Shown here piece by piece: positions 31,055 through 45,012 of a stretch of DNA of 64,000 bases. Source of the stretch: Octopus sinensis (taxonomy: Eukaryota); assembly GCF_006345805.1 (NCBI RefSeq), contig NC_042998.1, forward strand, positions 143,344,001 to 143,408,000. Direction: 5' to 3'. A program made the position numbers and the translations under genes. The notes below the pieces were generated by a model. The model did not search any database and was not told the DNA's origin. It saw only the letters and a program-made list of their open reading frames with translations. The stretch's first letter is position 1. Every line of letters starts with the position of its first letter.

Positions 31055-31142
31055 CCGGGTACATATGTTTCATAGCAAGTGGGACTTCGGAAGTGGCAAA
31101 AATCCAAGAGAGGTGTATACTGCAGGGTACTCGTCAGGCCAA
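31055..31142 (-). ncRNA. Type I hammerhead motif with extended stem II
   Basis: Minus strand: ttggc-CTGACGA-gtaccctgcagt...acttgctat-GAAA-CATATG-TA-cccgg. Intact core and palindromic stem III, imperfect stem I. Confidence 0.6.
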
Positions 31143-31364
31143 GGTTATCTTGATTAAATGAAAGTTTACATTGTTGCAAGGAGGTACATGTTAACACATG
31201 GAAGATTCGATCTATTGTCCCTGAAAGTTGTATTTTTTTAATATTACTATGGATTGTTTGAAGCTAACTTTCTTCCTATACCTCGATCCTTGGTTCTTAT
31301 ATATGTGTGTGTGTGTGCGTGTGTTTGTTTGTATATATATATAAGTACATATCTCTTTATCTTT

Positions 31365-31760
31365 TCTCTTTTACTTGTTTCAGTCATTTGACTGCGGCCA
31401 TGCTGGAGCACCGCCTTTAGTCGAGCAAATCTACCCCGGGACTTATTCTTTGTAAGCCCAGTACTTATTCTATCGGACCCTTTTTGCCGAACCGCTAAAT
31501 GACGGGGACGTAAACACACCAGCATCAGTTGTCAAGCAATGTTAGGGAGACAAACACAGACACACAAACACATACACACACATACATATATATATATATA
31601 ATATATATATATATATACATATATACGACAGGCTTCTTTCAGTTTCCGTCTACCAAATCCACTCACAAGGCATTGGTCGGCCCGGAGCTATAGCAGAAGA
31701 CACTTGCCCAAGATGCCACGCAGTGGGACTGAACCCGGAACCCTGTGGTTGGTTAGCAAA
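31365..31760 (-). mobile_element. tRNA-derived SINE with internal microsatellite (relatives at about 32340-32545, 35120-35440, 40975-41300, 50030-50205, 53990-54075)
   Basis: B box GGTTCAGTCCC, core cttgggcaagtgtcttctgctatagc, tail ...ctccagcatggccgcagtcaaatgactgaaacaagtaaaaga. Confidence 0.8.
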
Positions 31761-31766
31761 AGTGAA

Positions 31767-31803
<37 letters not shown>

Positions 31804-31900
31804 AAGAGAGGGAGAGAGAGAGAGAGAAAGATACATAAAGTGGGTGATACTAAAGGTGTGCAGTTGGGAAAAATGGGTTAGACATGCACATACGGATAGG

Positions 31901-32140
31901 TGCCACCAAAATGTGGCTAACCCTTAAGGGTCGATGCTACTGTACCATCGGTTGGCGATGGGAAATGATTCTCAATGCAAATATATATATACTTTTTCCA
32001 GTGACGAAAAGTCACTGATCTCTTTGCAAATACTGATAGGACAAAGATAATGTGTCACTAGCCAGCTGGAGGAGATGTCTTCCTGGGGCTACAAGCCACA
32101 GTAGCATCGACCCTTAAGGGTTAGCCACATTTAGGTGGCA
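31901..32140. mobile_element. MITE-like element with about 44-bp terminal inverted repeats
   Basis: tgccaccaaaatgtggctaacccttaagggtcgatgctactgt / acagtagcatcgacccttaagggttagccacatttaggtggca. Confidence 0.8.
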
Positions 32141-32207
32141 AATATACCTCACGATGTCGTGCAGCTACTGTTTATACCTCGCTCAAAGATTTTTTACATA
32201 TATATAA

Positions 32208-32286
<79 letters not shown>

Positions 32287-32545
32287 GTATATCGTATATA
32301 TCTATATATGTGTGTATATGTGTGTGTGTGCGCGCGCGTATATGTTTGTGTGTCTGTGTTTGTCCGCCCACCATCGCTTGATAACCAATGTTGGTGTGTT
32401 TATGTCCCCGTAACTTAGCGGTTCGGCAAAAGTTACTGATACAATAAGTACTAGGCTTACAAAGAATAAGTCCTGGGGTTGAGTTGTCCGACTAAAGGTG
32501 TTGCTCTAGCATGGACGCAGTCAAATGATTGAAACAAATATAAGA

Positions 32546-32648
<103 letters not shown>

Positions 32649-32726
32649 TAGTATAGATAGATAGATCGATAGATAGAGAAATAGACAGAATTAGAGATAG
32701 ATAGATAAATAGATAAATTGATTGAG

Positions 32727-32765
<39 letters not shown>

Positions 32766-32934
32766 CAGAAGACAAACAGACAGATAGAGGTAGATAAATA
32801 AATACATTGTTAGATAGACATATAGATAGGTAGATTGAGAGATAAATATAGAGATAGATATAGAGGTAGAGAGAGAGATGCAGGCTATGAGCAATTGAAT
32901 GTGAAAGAAGAAAAGAATTACTAGAATATGGAAC

Positions 32935-32974
<40 letters not shown>

Positions 32975-34743
32975 ATAAAGTGTCATGACCAAATCTATTT
33001 CGTTAAGTAGGATTGACTTTCCTTCCCCCCTACAAACTGAGCCTCCTCCCCTCCACACACACACAGCAGCACCATTTTCTAACGGCAGTGTTGTCAGGGT
33101 TTTGTTGTAGTTGTTATTAGACTCCACCAACTTTCTCCAAATATAATTCCCCCCTCATCCTCCCCAACCATTCCCACCGCCGTCACCATCACCTCCGTCA
33201 CAGCAGACATTATCATCATACCACTATAAATAACCCACCACAACCTCCATCGCCGCCGCCGCCACCTCCACCACGGCCGCCACGGGAACCACTGCCACCA
33301 CTACCGTCGCCCCCGCCCCCACCGCCAACATCAGGACCACAACCAGCAGCAACACTGCCAATGCCACCAGCTACACCATTACAACATGAACACAACAGCA
33401 ACAGCAGCAGCACTACTATTACTGCATCTATTCTTCGACACCATTAAGTCTCCAACACCTCCGCCATCACCTCCAGCGCCGTCACATCCACCGCTACCAC
33501 TTCTCCTGCCAACACCTCACGACCACCACTATCACCACCAACTCTGCCACCGCCATCGTCATCATTTCAAGGCAGAAGGGTGAGTTAGGCAGAAGAGATG
33601 GAATGATAGAGTGAGGGAGGGGGAGAGAGGGATGGAGAGAAGCGGGGAGAGAAAGAGAGGGAAGGAAAGAGAGGGAGTGAGAGTTACATAGACAGAGAGA
33701 GGGCAAAAGAGAACGACTGCTTCTGTCTTTTATTTACTCCACCAACACCACCACCACCACCACCTCTACTTTCAATCTTCGTACATGCCTCGCCAACACC
33801 ACCACTTGCACTCTTATCCACCCCCATCCATTCACACTATATCCACCCCACCATACCCTGTTACACCCACTGCAGCAACTGCTGTACAGCAAGTTTTATC
33901 AACGCCACGACGACGACGAGGACCACCACCACCACCTCCAGCACTACCAGCACCACCACCACCACCCGTACCACCAGCACTAAGCACCAGCACCACCAGC
34001 ACCACCAACACTGCCACCACCACCACCACCGCCCCCGCCACGAACAACAACCATCAACAACGAAGGAATTTCTGCATTTCTGGCTGGTCACTTCGATTTC
34101 TAGGAATAGCAGCCAATAGCAGCCTTCAAAGAAGTCACTTGGTTATGGCTTTTTTTAGAGGACACACAAACAATGGGATCTTGGGTGTACTGCGTCTAAA
34201 AAGAGATGCTGGATTGTCTCGACATAAGCGCCTTTGATCTGACTTAGGGTTAGACAACAGCGACAACAGCAACAACAATAACAGCACATAATATCAACAC
34301 TAAAACCACCACCACCAACAACAACAACAACAACAGCATCATCACCACCATCGCGATTTAAACCACTAAGTGTTAGAAACAGGAGCCAAATTTCTCTCCA
34401 AAAATACACACATAACGAAAGAGTATATCATTCAGAAAAACTATGTTATCCAGTCTTAAAGAAAGAGTCGAATAGTCACAGCTGAGATACCTTTGTTCAT
34501 TAGTCTTCTGGATCAGAACTGACCTGGGGTTAAACAAATACTAACCAATAAAAATAGCTGCTAGATCTCTTTTAATTAAAAACAGTTATGGAAAGGACAA
34601 AGCAATTAATAATGTAGTCCAAGAGATGGCGAGATGGTCAGGAGTGGAACACCTTTGATGATAAACCAGCACAGCCAGGATTGACCTGGAGATAAACAAC
34701 ACTACTGGAAAGGGAGCCTTTTGGTGGTTAGTGGAATGCGAAA

Positions 34744-35080
34744 AGGCACATGGCTCAGTGGTTAGAGCATCGGGTTCACAATCATGAGGTAGTGAGTTCG
34801 ATTTCCGGTCCAGGCTGTGTGGTGTGTTCTTGAGCATGACACTTTATTTCACGTTGCTCCAGTTTCACTCAGCCGTAGAAATGAGTTGCGACGTCACTGG
34901 CACCAAACTGTATCGGCTTTTACCTTTCCCTTGGATAACATTAGTGACGTGGACAGGTGAGCCTGGTATGCATGTGAGACTGCTGGTCTTCCATAAGCAA
35001 CCTTCTCCGGACTTGTGCTTCGAAGGGTGACTTTCTAGGTGCGGCTCCATTGTCATTTATGACCGAAGGGGGTCTTTACT
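34744..35080 (+). mobile_element. tRNA-derived SINE
   Basis: A box TGGCTCAGTGG, B box GTTCGATTTCC, same core as 5975 but a different 3' part. Confidence 0.8.
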
Positions 35081-35515
35081 CGAATGCAAGATATAGTAGC
35101 TAAATCTCCCTCGATTATAGTTCCACAGTGCGGCTCCTTGGGTAAGTGTCTTCTACTATAGCCCCAGGCTAGCCAAATCCAAATTTGGTAGACGTGTATG
35201 TGCATGCGTGCGCGTGTGTATGCATATGTCTTTGTGTCGGTGTTTGCCCACCACCGCTTCATAACCGGTGTAGGTTTGCTTACATTTCCGTAACTTAGCG
35301 GTTTGGCATAAGAGACCGGTAAAATAAGTACCAGATTTTACGAAAAAAAGTACGGGGATCAATTTGCTCAACCAAAAAAGAAAAAAAAAACCTCTTTAAG
35401 GGTGGTCCCAGCATGGCCGCAGCTCTATCATTGAAACATGAAAAATGTTAACAAATAAATCACATCTTGCCATGGCCAAAAATGGCAGAATACTTTGCCT
35501 GTTGTCGATCTAAGG

Positions 35516-35790
35516 CAGAGGTTTCCAACCATGGTCCAAGGATGCAGTGTAGAAAATTGGGGGTCCGCGGTAATTCAGGGGTCATGAAAAATTGTGCTTC
35601 GGACCAGTAAAACTGGTTATACGTTCAAAATACTCAGAATATTTTAACAATTGTTATACAATTCATAATAATAATAAATTCTAAAAATATAAGATTTTTT
35701 AAACAACGAATGGCTAGCAGAGGAGGAAGGGCACACAAGTAAAATAGGAATCAAAGGGGTCCATAGGCAAAAAATGGTTGAGACCCCCTG
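35516..35790. mobile_element. hAT MITE related to 14543
   Basis: cagaggtttccaacc / ggttgagaccccctg. The right end resembles the reverse complement of the 14543 left end. Confidence 0.65.
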
Positions 35791-36698
35791 ATTTAGAGGT
35801 ACCATGTCTGAACTATATAAGACCGGATGACCATGATTGGCGTGTCTATGAGTATAGGTCTCAAAGATCGATACTGTCCTGAGGTTAAACAATCCTGAGG
35901 CGATCTCTCGAATGCTAGAGACAACAGCCAAATCTCCAAATCGTACTTTACTGTCTTTAATACAGAAGGATACGTTGAAAATGTTGGTTCTTGATATACA
36001 AAAAGCCAGGTTGGGCACGGCTGGAATACGATTGACCTGCAACAATAACAGCAACGATAGCATTATAGCATTATCACTATATCATCACCACCGGCGCCGC
36101 CTTCATCGCCCAAACACAGCCACACACTCCGCAAACATGTTCGTTCCGCGCCAACCAACCGCCACCACCGCTGCCGCCGCCGCCGCCGCCGCCACTGCCG
36201 CCACCGCCGCCACCACCGCCGCCGCCGCCACCAATCCACCACCACCACCACCACCATCACCACCACCACCATCACCACCACCACCACCACCACCAGGAGC
36301 ACTGGCAACGATGACAGCAGCAACGACAATAACAGCAGCTGCAGCAGCAACAGCAGCTGGAGTAGCAACAGCAGCAACGATGGCAGCAGCAGAATGTTTT
36401 TAAACCTATTAATGGTCACTTACCACAACCGCCAATATCATCACACCACCACCATCATAATCAACACTACAATAACAGCGATACTCTAACACCACCACCA
36501 TTTCCAGCACGGTCACCGTCACAGCCATCGACGCCACCGCTACCACCATCGCCACCACCAGTCACACCCCACCACCACCACCACCAATATCCCCAAAATG
36601 AAGGGGCCTCAAGGTGGTCGTTTGACTTTAAAAAAAAAAGCATAACAGCCAGGTTTCCCCCAAATTCAACATTGGATGATGTTATGTTGAGTCTAGAT

Positions 36699-37046
36699 CA
36701 GTGGCTTTCAGCCTGGGTCCATTTGGCCCCTGAGGGTTTATGTAAGATTTTTGGTAATCCACGTAACAAGATAGTAAATCGGGGCTCTGCAATAGTACTT
36801 GAAGGACTCCTGAATAAATTTTGCTTTAGATGTATTTACTGGTTTTTGTTGCAAGAAATATCTAGGTTTTTTTCTCTAACATTTTACACAGTTCGACCTA
36901 CACAAGTTAATGTGTGGAAAACAAAATAAGAATTTTGAAAGAAGCATCTATAAAACTAGTTTTTAAACATGGAACGACTGTTGGTCCATCAGAATAACAT
37001 AGCAATCAAATGGAGTCCATAGATTAAAAATTGTTCAGAATCCCTG
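36699..37046. mobile_element. hAT MITE related to 14543
   Basis: cagtggctttcagc / gttcagaatccctg, with flanks gtctagat / gtctttat. Confidence 0.65.
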
Positions 37047-37778
37047 GTCTTTATGGTCAAGGCTGGGTATACTTTGGTAAGAGGCATGATCGATCAACTA
37101 AGACCTAGGGTTAAAAAACCCAACAGAAGCATTCTGCCATGACCTCACCATCTCAGCAAAGGTCACACTAATTACCATCAGCACGAGCGCCCTCACCTCA
37201 CCGCCACCCAACCACCACCCAACCACACCCCACCTGCAACACTACACCACCACACCACCACCACCACCACCACCACTCTTAAAGAAGGTGACTGGTACCA
37301 TAAGCTTCCAATTCAAACCTATCCGCCCTTCTCTCTCTCGCTCTCTTTCACCCCCTCTCTCTTTCTCTCCTTCTTTCTCACCCTCTCTCTTTCTTTCTCC
37401 CCTCCCTTCCCCCCATACCTTCATTCTTACTGCTTTCTGTCCTCCACGAAACAGTTACTGACCTCCCCTAACTACCATCTCGACTCCCTCCCCTCACCAC
37501 TAAACATTTCGGTTCTTAGACACGACTTGGATCATTCGATACTTTTCAAACAGATGCGCACACATATACATGCCTCCACCTTTTCTCTCTCTCTCTTTTC
37601 TCTCACTCTCTTGCTCTCTCTTACGCACACACATATATGTATATATACATATACACACCTACATACACGCATACACTCACACACACAAACACACATATAT
37701 ATACCAACATTCATAATACACACATACACACACATGCATACATACATGCATGCATACATACATACATACATACATACA

Positions 37779-37812
<34 letters not shown>

Positions 37813-38039
37813 ACCACCCCACCGGGACTCTATAGAGTTTCATATTTATCGACTGGTTTGAACATTACCAGTTTTTCTACTAACCATCCCTGACAGCACA
37901 TATACTTCACTCTTGAACCATTACAATCAGCTTCTCTGGTGAATGTCCCTCCGCGTCCGCATACAACAAAATTTCAATAACCATCTCTGTATCAAACTTA
38001 ATGTATATCAAACTTAATGTAATGATATACTTAATGTAG

Positions 38040-38845
<806 letters not shown>

Positions 38846-39170
38846 ATGGATAACAGAATGTTATGATACACTTAATGTATATACACTATTGATAGGCCAG
38901 TTATTACAATATTTTCCTGAGATAATATCTTTGATGAAAGTGCTGTATTAAAAACACGATAAATATGAGACAGAGACAAAACTTGGTCCCACCAGTTGCC
39001 AGCAAGAGCGTTACATGTATTTCGACCTTTTCTGGTCCTTTCAATTATGCATACTTACGGCTATCTACATGCTCGGACGAGAATTCATTATTTGGTCTTT
39101 TCTGTTTGGCTGCCACTTTTCAATTTCTTCAATTCTTTTTTCCAGTTGATTTCATATTTGGTGTATTGAT

Positions 39171-39810
39171 GGAAATTCGGATCTTTACCTTTTGACTGAC
39201 AGATTTAAAAAATAATTTTTTGTAACTAAACACTTTCAAACTTCGGACACTGGTAGAATGTGTCATATAAAACATATTTTACTCTTAGCATTTTTGAGAA
39301 AAAACTTGTATTTACGAAGTAACTTCACATTAAAGTAGTCCTATTTCGGTAATTTCAACCAATGATGTGTATTCAGCTGAATAAAATTACTGCCGTTGTT
39401 TGTCAACAACAACTATCGGCGGTTTATTTTTCATTTGTCACTGTTATTTATGACATCGTTCGTGCATTTGTACTGGTTTTAGCTTGAAGGTTTTAGGGTT
39501 AGGGTTTTAAGGTTAAGGTTGGGGTTTTAGGGTTAGGGTTAGGGTTTCAGGGTAAGGGTTAGGGTTGTCATAAATAACAGTGACAAACGAAAAATACACC
39601 GCCGGAAGTTCTTGCTGACAAACAACGGCAGACATTTTATTCAGCTGAATACATGTCATTGAATGGTTGAAATTACCGAAATAGGACAACGTTAACGTGA
39701 AATTACTTCGTAAATATAAGTTTTTCTAAAAAATGCTAAGAGTAAAAAATGTTTTATATGACACATTCTACCAGTGTCCCAAAAGGTAAAGATCCGGAAA
39801 TTCATTTCCG
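39171..39810. mobile_element. Foldback element with long inverted arms and central degenerate (TTAGGG)n
   Basis: Arm 39178-39455 is the imperfect reverse complement of 39566-39796. The centre (about 39485-39565) is ttagggttaggg-like. Confidence 0.85.
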
Positions 39811-40801
39811 CCATAAATAAAGAGTTAATACCTTTTAAAGTTTGCAAATTTTGAGTAATTTTAGCCAATCGAAAGTCACAGACATATAGGTGCCTCTTCC
39901 ATAGTAACAAGCCAAGCTGCATACTCATGTGGCAATTTTTCGCATATTAAATGCTTAAAACACAAGGTACAGTTGCTCGTGAGATGTGCTATAAAATAAC
40001 AGCTAAATAGGCCTTAACTAACACACCCCAATTTTTGTGGGTGGGTAGTTTGCATAATTCTATGAATTCCCATGTGTAGAATACAAATTCGCAAAAATTT
40101 TCTGAAAATTCCAAAAAATACATATGTTATGGGGAGTTATATGTCGTACGTAACGCAGAACTCCGCCAATATTTCATTGTCACGCACAAACTAACAGCTT
40201 CCAAATCCTGTTTTCTGACTGGGTAGAAATTATCAAATTTTGAACCTCTGTAAATTTTTTCAAAAATTTTCCTGGAAAAGGTAAAGTATCTTCTGAGATT
40301 CAGCGTGGAAAATTACATCGATACACTAAATATTTAAACTTGCACTAAACTTTAAAATTTCCGCATGTGCAGCCAAGCAGTAAAGATCCCTATATTTTAT
40401 ACACAGAAAGCTGTATTAATTAAATATTTCCTCAGTTCCATATACCAGAAAAATTCAGTGGCTTACCTCTAAGACGCATTACTGGGCTATAGCTAACTTT
40501 CAGGCCACCTAGCAAAAACAATGGAGTCTACCCAGCTTCGTAAATTTTACAAGACTGCTCTATGAATCACGAACGACGACTGTGCATCGCACGGCTTCTA
40601 AAAACTCTTTCTTCATCCAAGCTGAATTTCAACCAAATCACCTGCTACCTTGCCAAAAAGAATCTTCGCCAATTTCGCAGAATCCTCAACGATGATGATG
40701 TTTCTCTACGAAGAAATCCTGTGCTTCGTTACCCGTTTTGGATCCACCTCCACACTGTGCGCACTTGGTATATTTCTTTATTCCTGACTAAGTCCACACA
40801 C

Positions 40802-40835
<34 letters not shown>

Positions 40836-43110
40836 TATGATGACGATAATGATGATGATGGCTGTCCATTAGCAACCAAGCAAGATCATCACTGACCATT
40901 TAGAACGTAGTGTACTCAGGTAAAATTATACTTGAGTATAATTTTGTGTAAAATTATACTTTACTATAACTCCGGGTCGATAAATGTCTTGAAAGTGAAT
41001 TTAGCAGACGGAAACTGTGTGGAAGCCCGTCGATTCCGTGTGTGTATACGTATATGTGTATATGTTTTTGCATTTATTACCAACACTGCTTGACAATCAG
41101 TGTTGCTTTGTTTACATCCCTAACTTAGCAGTTTGTAAACAAGAACTGATAGAATAAGTATCAGACTTACAACCGCTACCCACCCACCAAACAAAAAAAA
41201 AATCACTGAAGTCGATTTTTTTCGACTAAAAAAAAAAAAGAAACTTCAATGTGTTACCCCACTATGGCCGCAATCCATTGACTGAAACAAGGAAAAGATA
41301 AAAGAAAGATCAAAAGTTATAAAACAGAAGTGATTTTTATGACACAAATTTCTCTTAACGAAATATATTCCCTCTACTTGATATTGTTTGGTAAAAGAAA
41401 ATTAAAAATTAAAAATACGAGCCACTCGATTGGCTAGAAATAGTGACCAAATCTCCTTGAACAAATAGTAAGGATCCAGTTACTTGACTCCTTTATCACT
41501 TTTTCTTTCTTTTTTATTTTAGACATTTATAAGAATGACGATAACTAATGAATAAGTGACATAATGGGAATTTAAGAGTATTACGCTTGCCTTTAGTTTC
41601 GTAAATGAATAATTTCAATGATGTTCTTGTTTCTGCAAAAAGACTTTAAAACAAACAAAGGCAATATTAGTTAAAAGAAATGAAGGAAATATTGTCCACG
41701 TATAGCTAGGGGTTTTTGTAGTTAATGATCAAATGCTGCCAGACTCCTACATGTAATTTAGAGTAAATCAAAGTACTTTATATTGTGGGACCGCAAAGCC
41801 ATGTGAAAACCATTTTTACGAAAGTGAAAATAGTACATTATGTTCTGAAATCGTTGAAATACGTCTAACAGAATTTACAAAAGACTAACTGTAGCCGTGA
41901 AAATTTCACGATTATTTTGAAATGTTGGTTGCAATAGGCGGTAAGGAGGCAGAATTGTTAGCAAGTCGGACAAAATGCTTAGCGGCATAACCACTAAGAG
42001 CTTCGCTCTTCATTCTTTCAGAGCCGAAAAAACAAAGTACCAGTCAAGTACTGGGTTCGATATAATCGACTTGTTCTTCTCAAATTTGCTGGTATTGGAC
42101 TCTGCAGCGGACTGGCGCCCGTTCAACGGGGATGTTGTGATCTTAATCAATAATGCGCCATGGTAACCTCGGTAACTGGGCTTATTAGTCCTGGGGATCC
42201 AGAAAGAGAGAGAGAGAGAAACAGACAGACAGATAGAGAGAAAGAGACATAGAGAGAAAGAGACAGAGAGAGAAAGAGAGACAGAGAGAGAGACTGTTGG
42301 AAATTTACAGGAAACCATGAAATAACTTTTCTTGCAAAATTGTATAATATTTGCTTCTGAGATATTTAATGTTTGGGATGGCATAAAAGTCCACTTTGGT
42401 AGTATTGTGTATGCTGTTGTGGGAACATCTTTCCAAGATATGCATACATATCGTATACACGCATATCGTATGTATGTATGTATGTATGTATGTATGTATG
42501 TATGTATGTATGTATGTATGTATGTATGTATGTTATTATTCAGTTTTATTTCAAGATTTCTTGGCAATAGAGAAAGAGCCGGTTTCTAACCTTGATCCAA
42601 GGCTCATTCATTGGAATTTCAACACCAACAGGCTAATTTTGTATCTATGTTTTCTGTATGTATGTATGTATGTATGTATGTATGTATGTATGTATGTATG
42701 TATGTATGTATGTATGTATGCATGCATGCATGCATACGTGGAGATTTACATGTTTTGTTTTATGTATGTATTCTTATGCATATAGTTGCATATCTAGACA
42801 TGCTAATATTACTTAAATCATAAAATTCTGGAAAGTTTTATAGACTTTTACAGTTCTAGCGATAGCTTGGAACTGTAGTCTTTGAATCAGCCTTCTCCTT
42901 CCTGGTTTTGAGAAGCCTAATTTCTCAAGGTTAGTATTTAGGCAGGGTATTACATATCCCTATGCCCCAATAATTACGAGCATAAACCTGAACTTGCAAT
43001 CTGTATGTATGTATGTATTATGTATGTATGTATGTATGTATGTATGTATGTATGTATGTATGTATGTGTGTGCGTGCATTTATGTGTGTATATCTATCTA
43101 TCTATCTATC

Positions 43111-44962
43111 TAAAACTGCTATCCCTGCTAAAGACATCGCCACCAATAACAATACCAACATCACCATCACCGCCACCAAAAACCGTGCCGTCAATGCTAC
43201 TAATACCACTAACACCACCGCCGTCACCAAGAACGACAATAACAACAACAACAACAACAACAACAACGAAAACAACAATTCCCTTCAACCATTGCTCACT
43301 CCATCACCAACAAGTGAAAAAATAACAACGACAACCAAACGAAATGCCGAAATTTGCGCTAATGCAGGACCAAATTACGCAGACAATTTTCCACCCCTTG
43401 CTAGTTGCATAATCAGCAACCACAAACCTACAACCCACACCCCTGCCATCAACACCAACACCACCGGCAGTAACAACAATAACAAAACAACAACAAACTT
43501 CGCCGAGGCGATAAAAGAAAAAGTATCGTTTACTGCACAACAAATAAAAGATTGCAGAAACCTTATCACCAATGAAAACGGCAAAATACTCTTACACATA
43601 CCACAACACATACTGAATGAGGAAAAAAAGAAAACCATTGTTTATAAAATAACAAATAAAACAACTAAAAGTCCAGAAAAGGCAAGCACGGACAAAATAG
43701 AATCTGGGGATACAAGGATTATGTGACTTGGGCGAACTTGTTCGCCCACGTACAGGTGGTTTTTCAGAATGAAGAGTTGGCGAAGAAATTCTCAACGATA
43801 ACCCTTCATTCTGATGAACTAACGATGACACCGAGTTACCTTGGCCAGAAGGTGACGAAGGTCATTATCAATAATGTCCCCCAAGTAACAACCACACTAT
43901 GGATAACATCCGCCATAACATCCGAAATGGAGGACTTAAACATTCTCGATATCGCTGTTTCGAAAAACAAGGACTAGCTGGGAAAGAGAATGGAGTTCCT
44001 CTTCCACATAAGTCAAGACGACATTAACAAAATTCCCACCCACGTACATCTTGCGGATGGCCGCAAGTTGTACGTAGTAGTCGAGGGCAGAAGGCCACGA
44101 TGCTATACATGTGGCAGTGAGGCACACCTCAAAAAGGAGTGCAAATCTGCCGCTAAATTACAACAACAACAGCCACAGGAAAAACCACAAAAGCCAGCAT
44201 TATTGCCCACACCACAATATGGACGGCTAATCAAGAAGCTGTATGCAGAAATGCATGAAAAACAACAAAGAACAAGCCAACCCAACCAAACAACACTAAC
44301 ACCAGCGCCAAGAACAGAATCATCACCACCAACAACAACTAAATCAATTCCGACACCGAGAATAACAACGAAGAAGACAAGCACCAAGGATGTAGGAGAG
44401 ACAATAACCACAACAAACCCCCAGCAACCCCCCCCGCGCACCACAACATATCTACAACCGCACAACAGACCCAGACGCTTTACCCTTACCCCCTGCTGAT
44501 TCGTCAGACTTTTCATCTAACGATGAAAGTTCGACAGAATGGCAAATAGCCACAGGGGGTAAAAGAAAAAGATAAAAAAAAAACAAACAAGAAATCGCAA
44601 CCAAAGCAGGGAAATACCTGAACCCTGAAAACTCCATACACAACCAAACAAGCACCAACACTACAAAAACACACTCAATGCTATCAGCGATAGACACCAA
44701 AGACTCCAAATTAATGGAGTACATCACAGGCCACACAAACATTTGTGAAGATGACTTTAAAAATAGCAATCATCCACGCACTACACCACCCAAACACATC
44801 AGAATACTACACATCACACAAACACAACACCACAAACTCAAAGCCCTCTTCCCAAATGCTGTAGGGGGTATCCAAAAATATCTCTCCCAAAAACTTTATA
44901 AAAACCTCCTCGAAGACACATCAAAGAACGAGGAAGCAAAAACTTTCGACACAAGTAAGTAA
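43111..44962 (+). pseudogene. LINE ORF1 (gag-like CCHC zinc knuckle), disrupted
   Basis: VVVEGRRPRCYTCGSEAHLKKEC. Stops at about 43726 and 43977, further breaks at about 44500-44580. Confidence 0.8.
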
Positions 44963-45012
44963 CTCTCTGTACTTTCATTTTTGTGTTTTAAAGCACACAC
45001 CCCAATAGAATC

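Noticed and set aside
33216-36419. Pro/Thr/Ala/Gly-rich ORFs
   Set aside because: Derived from (CCA)n, (CCG)n and (CAG)n low-complexity tracts, with no domain or exon evidence.
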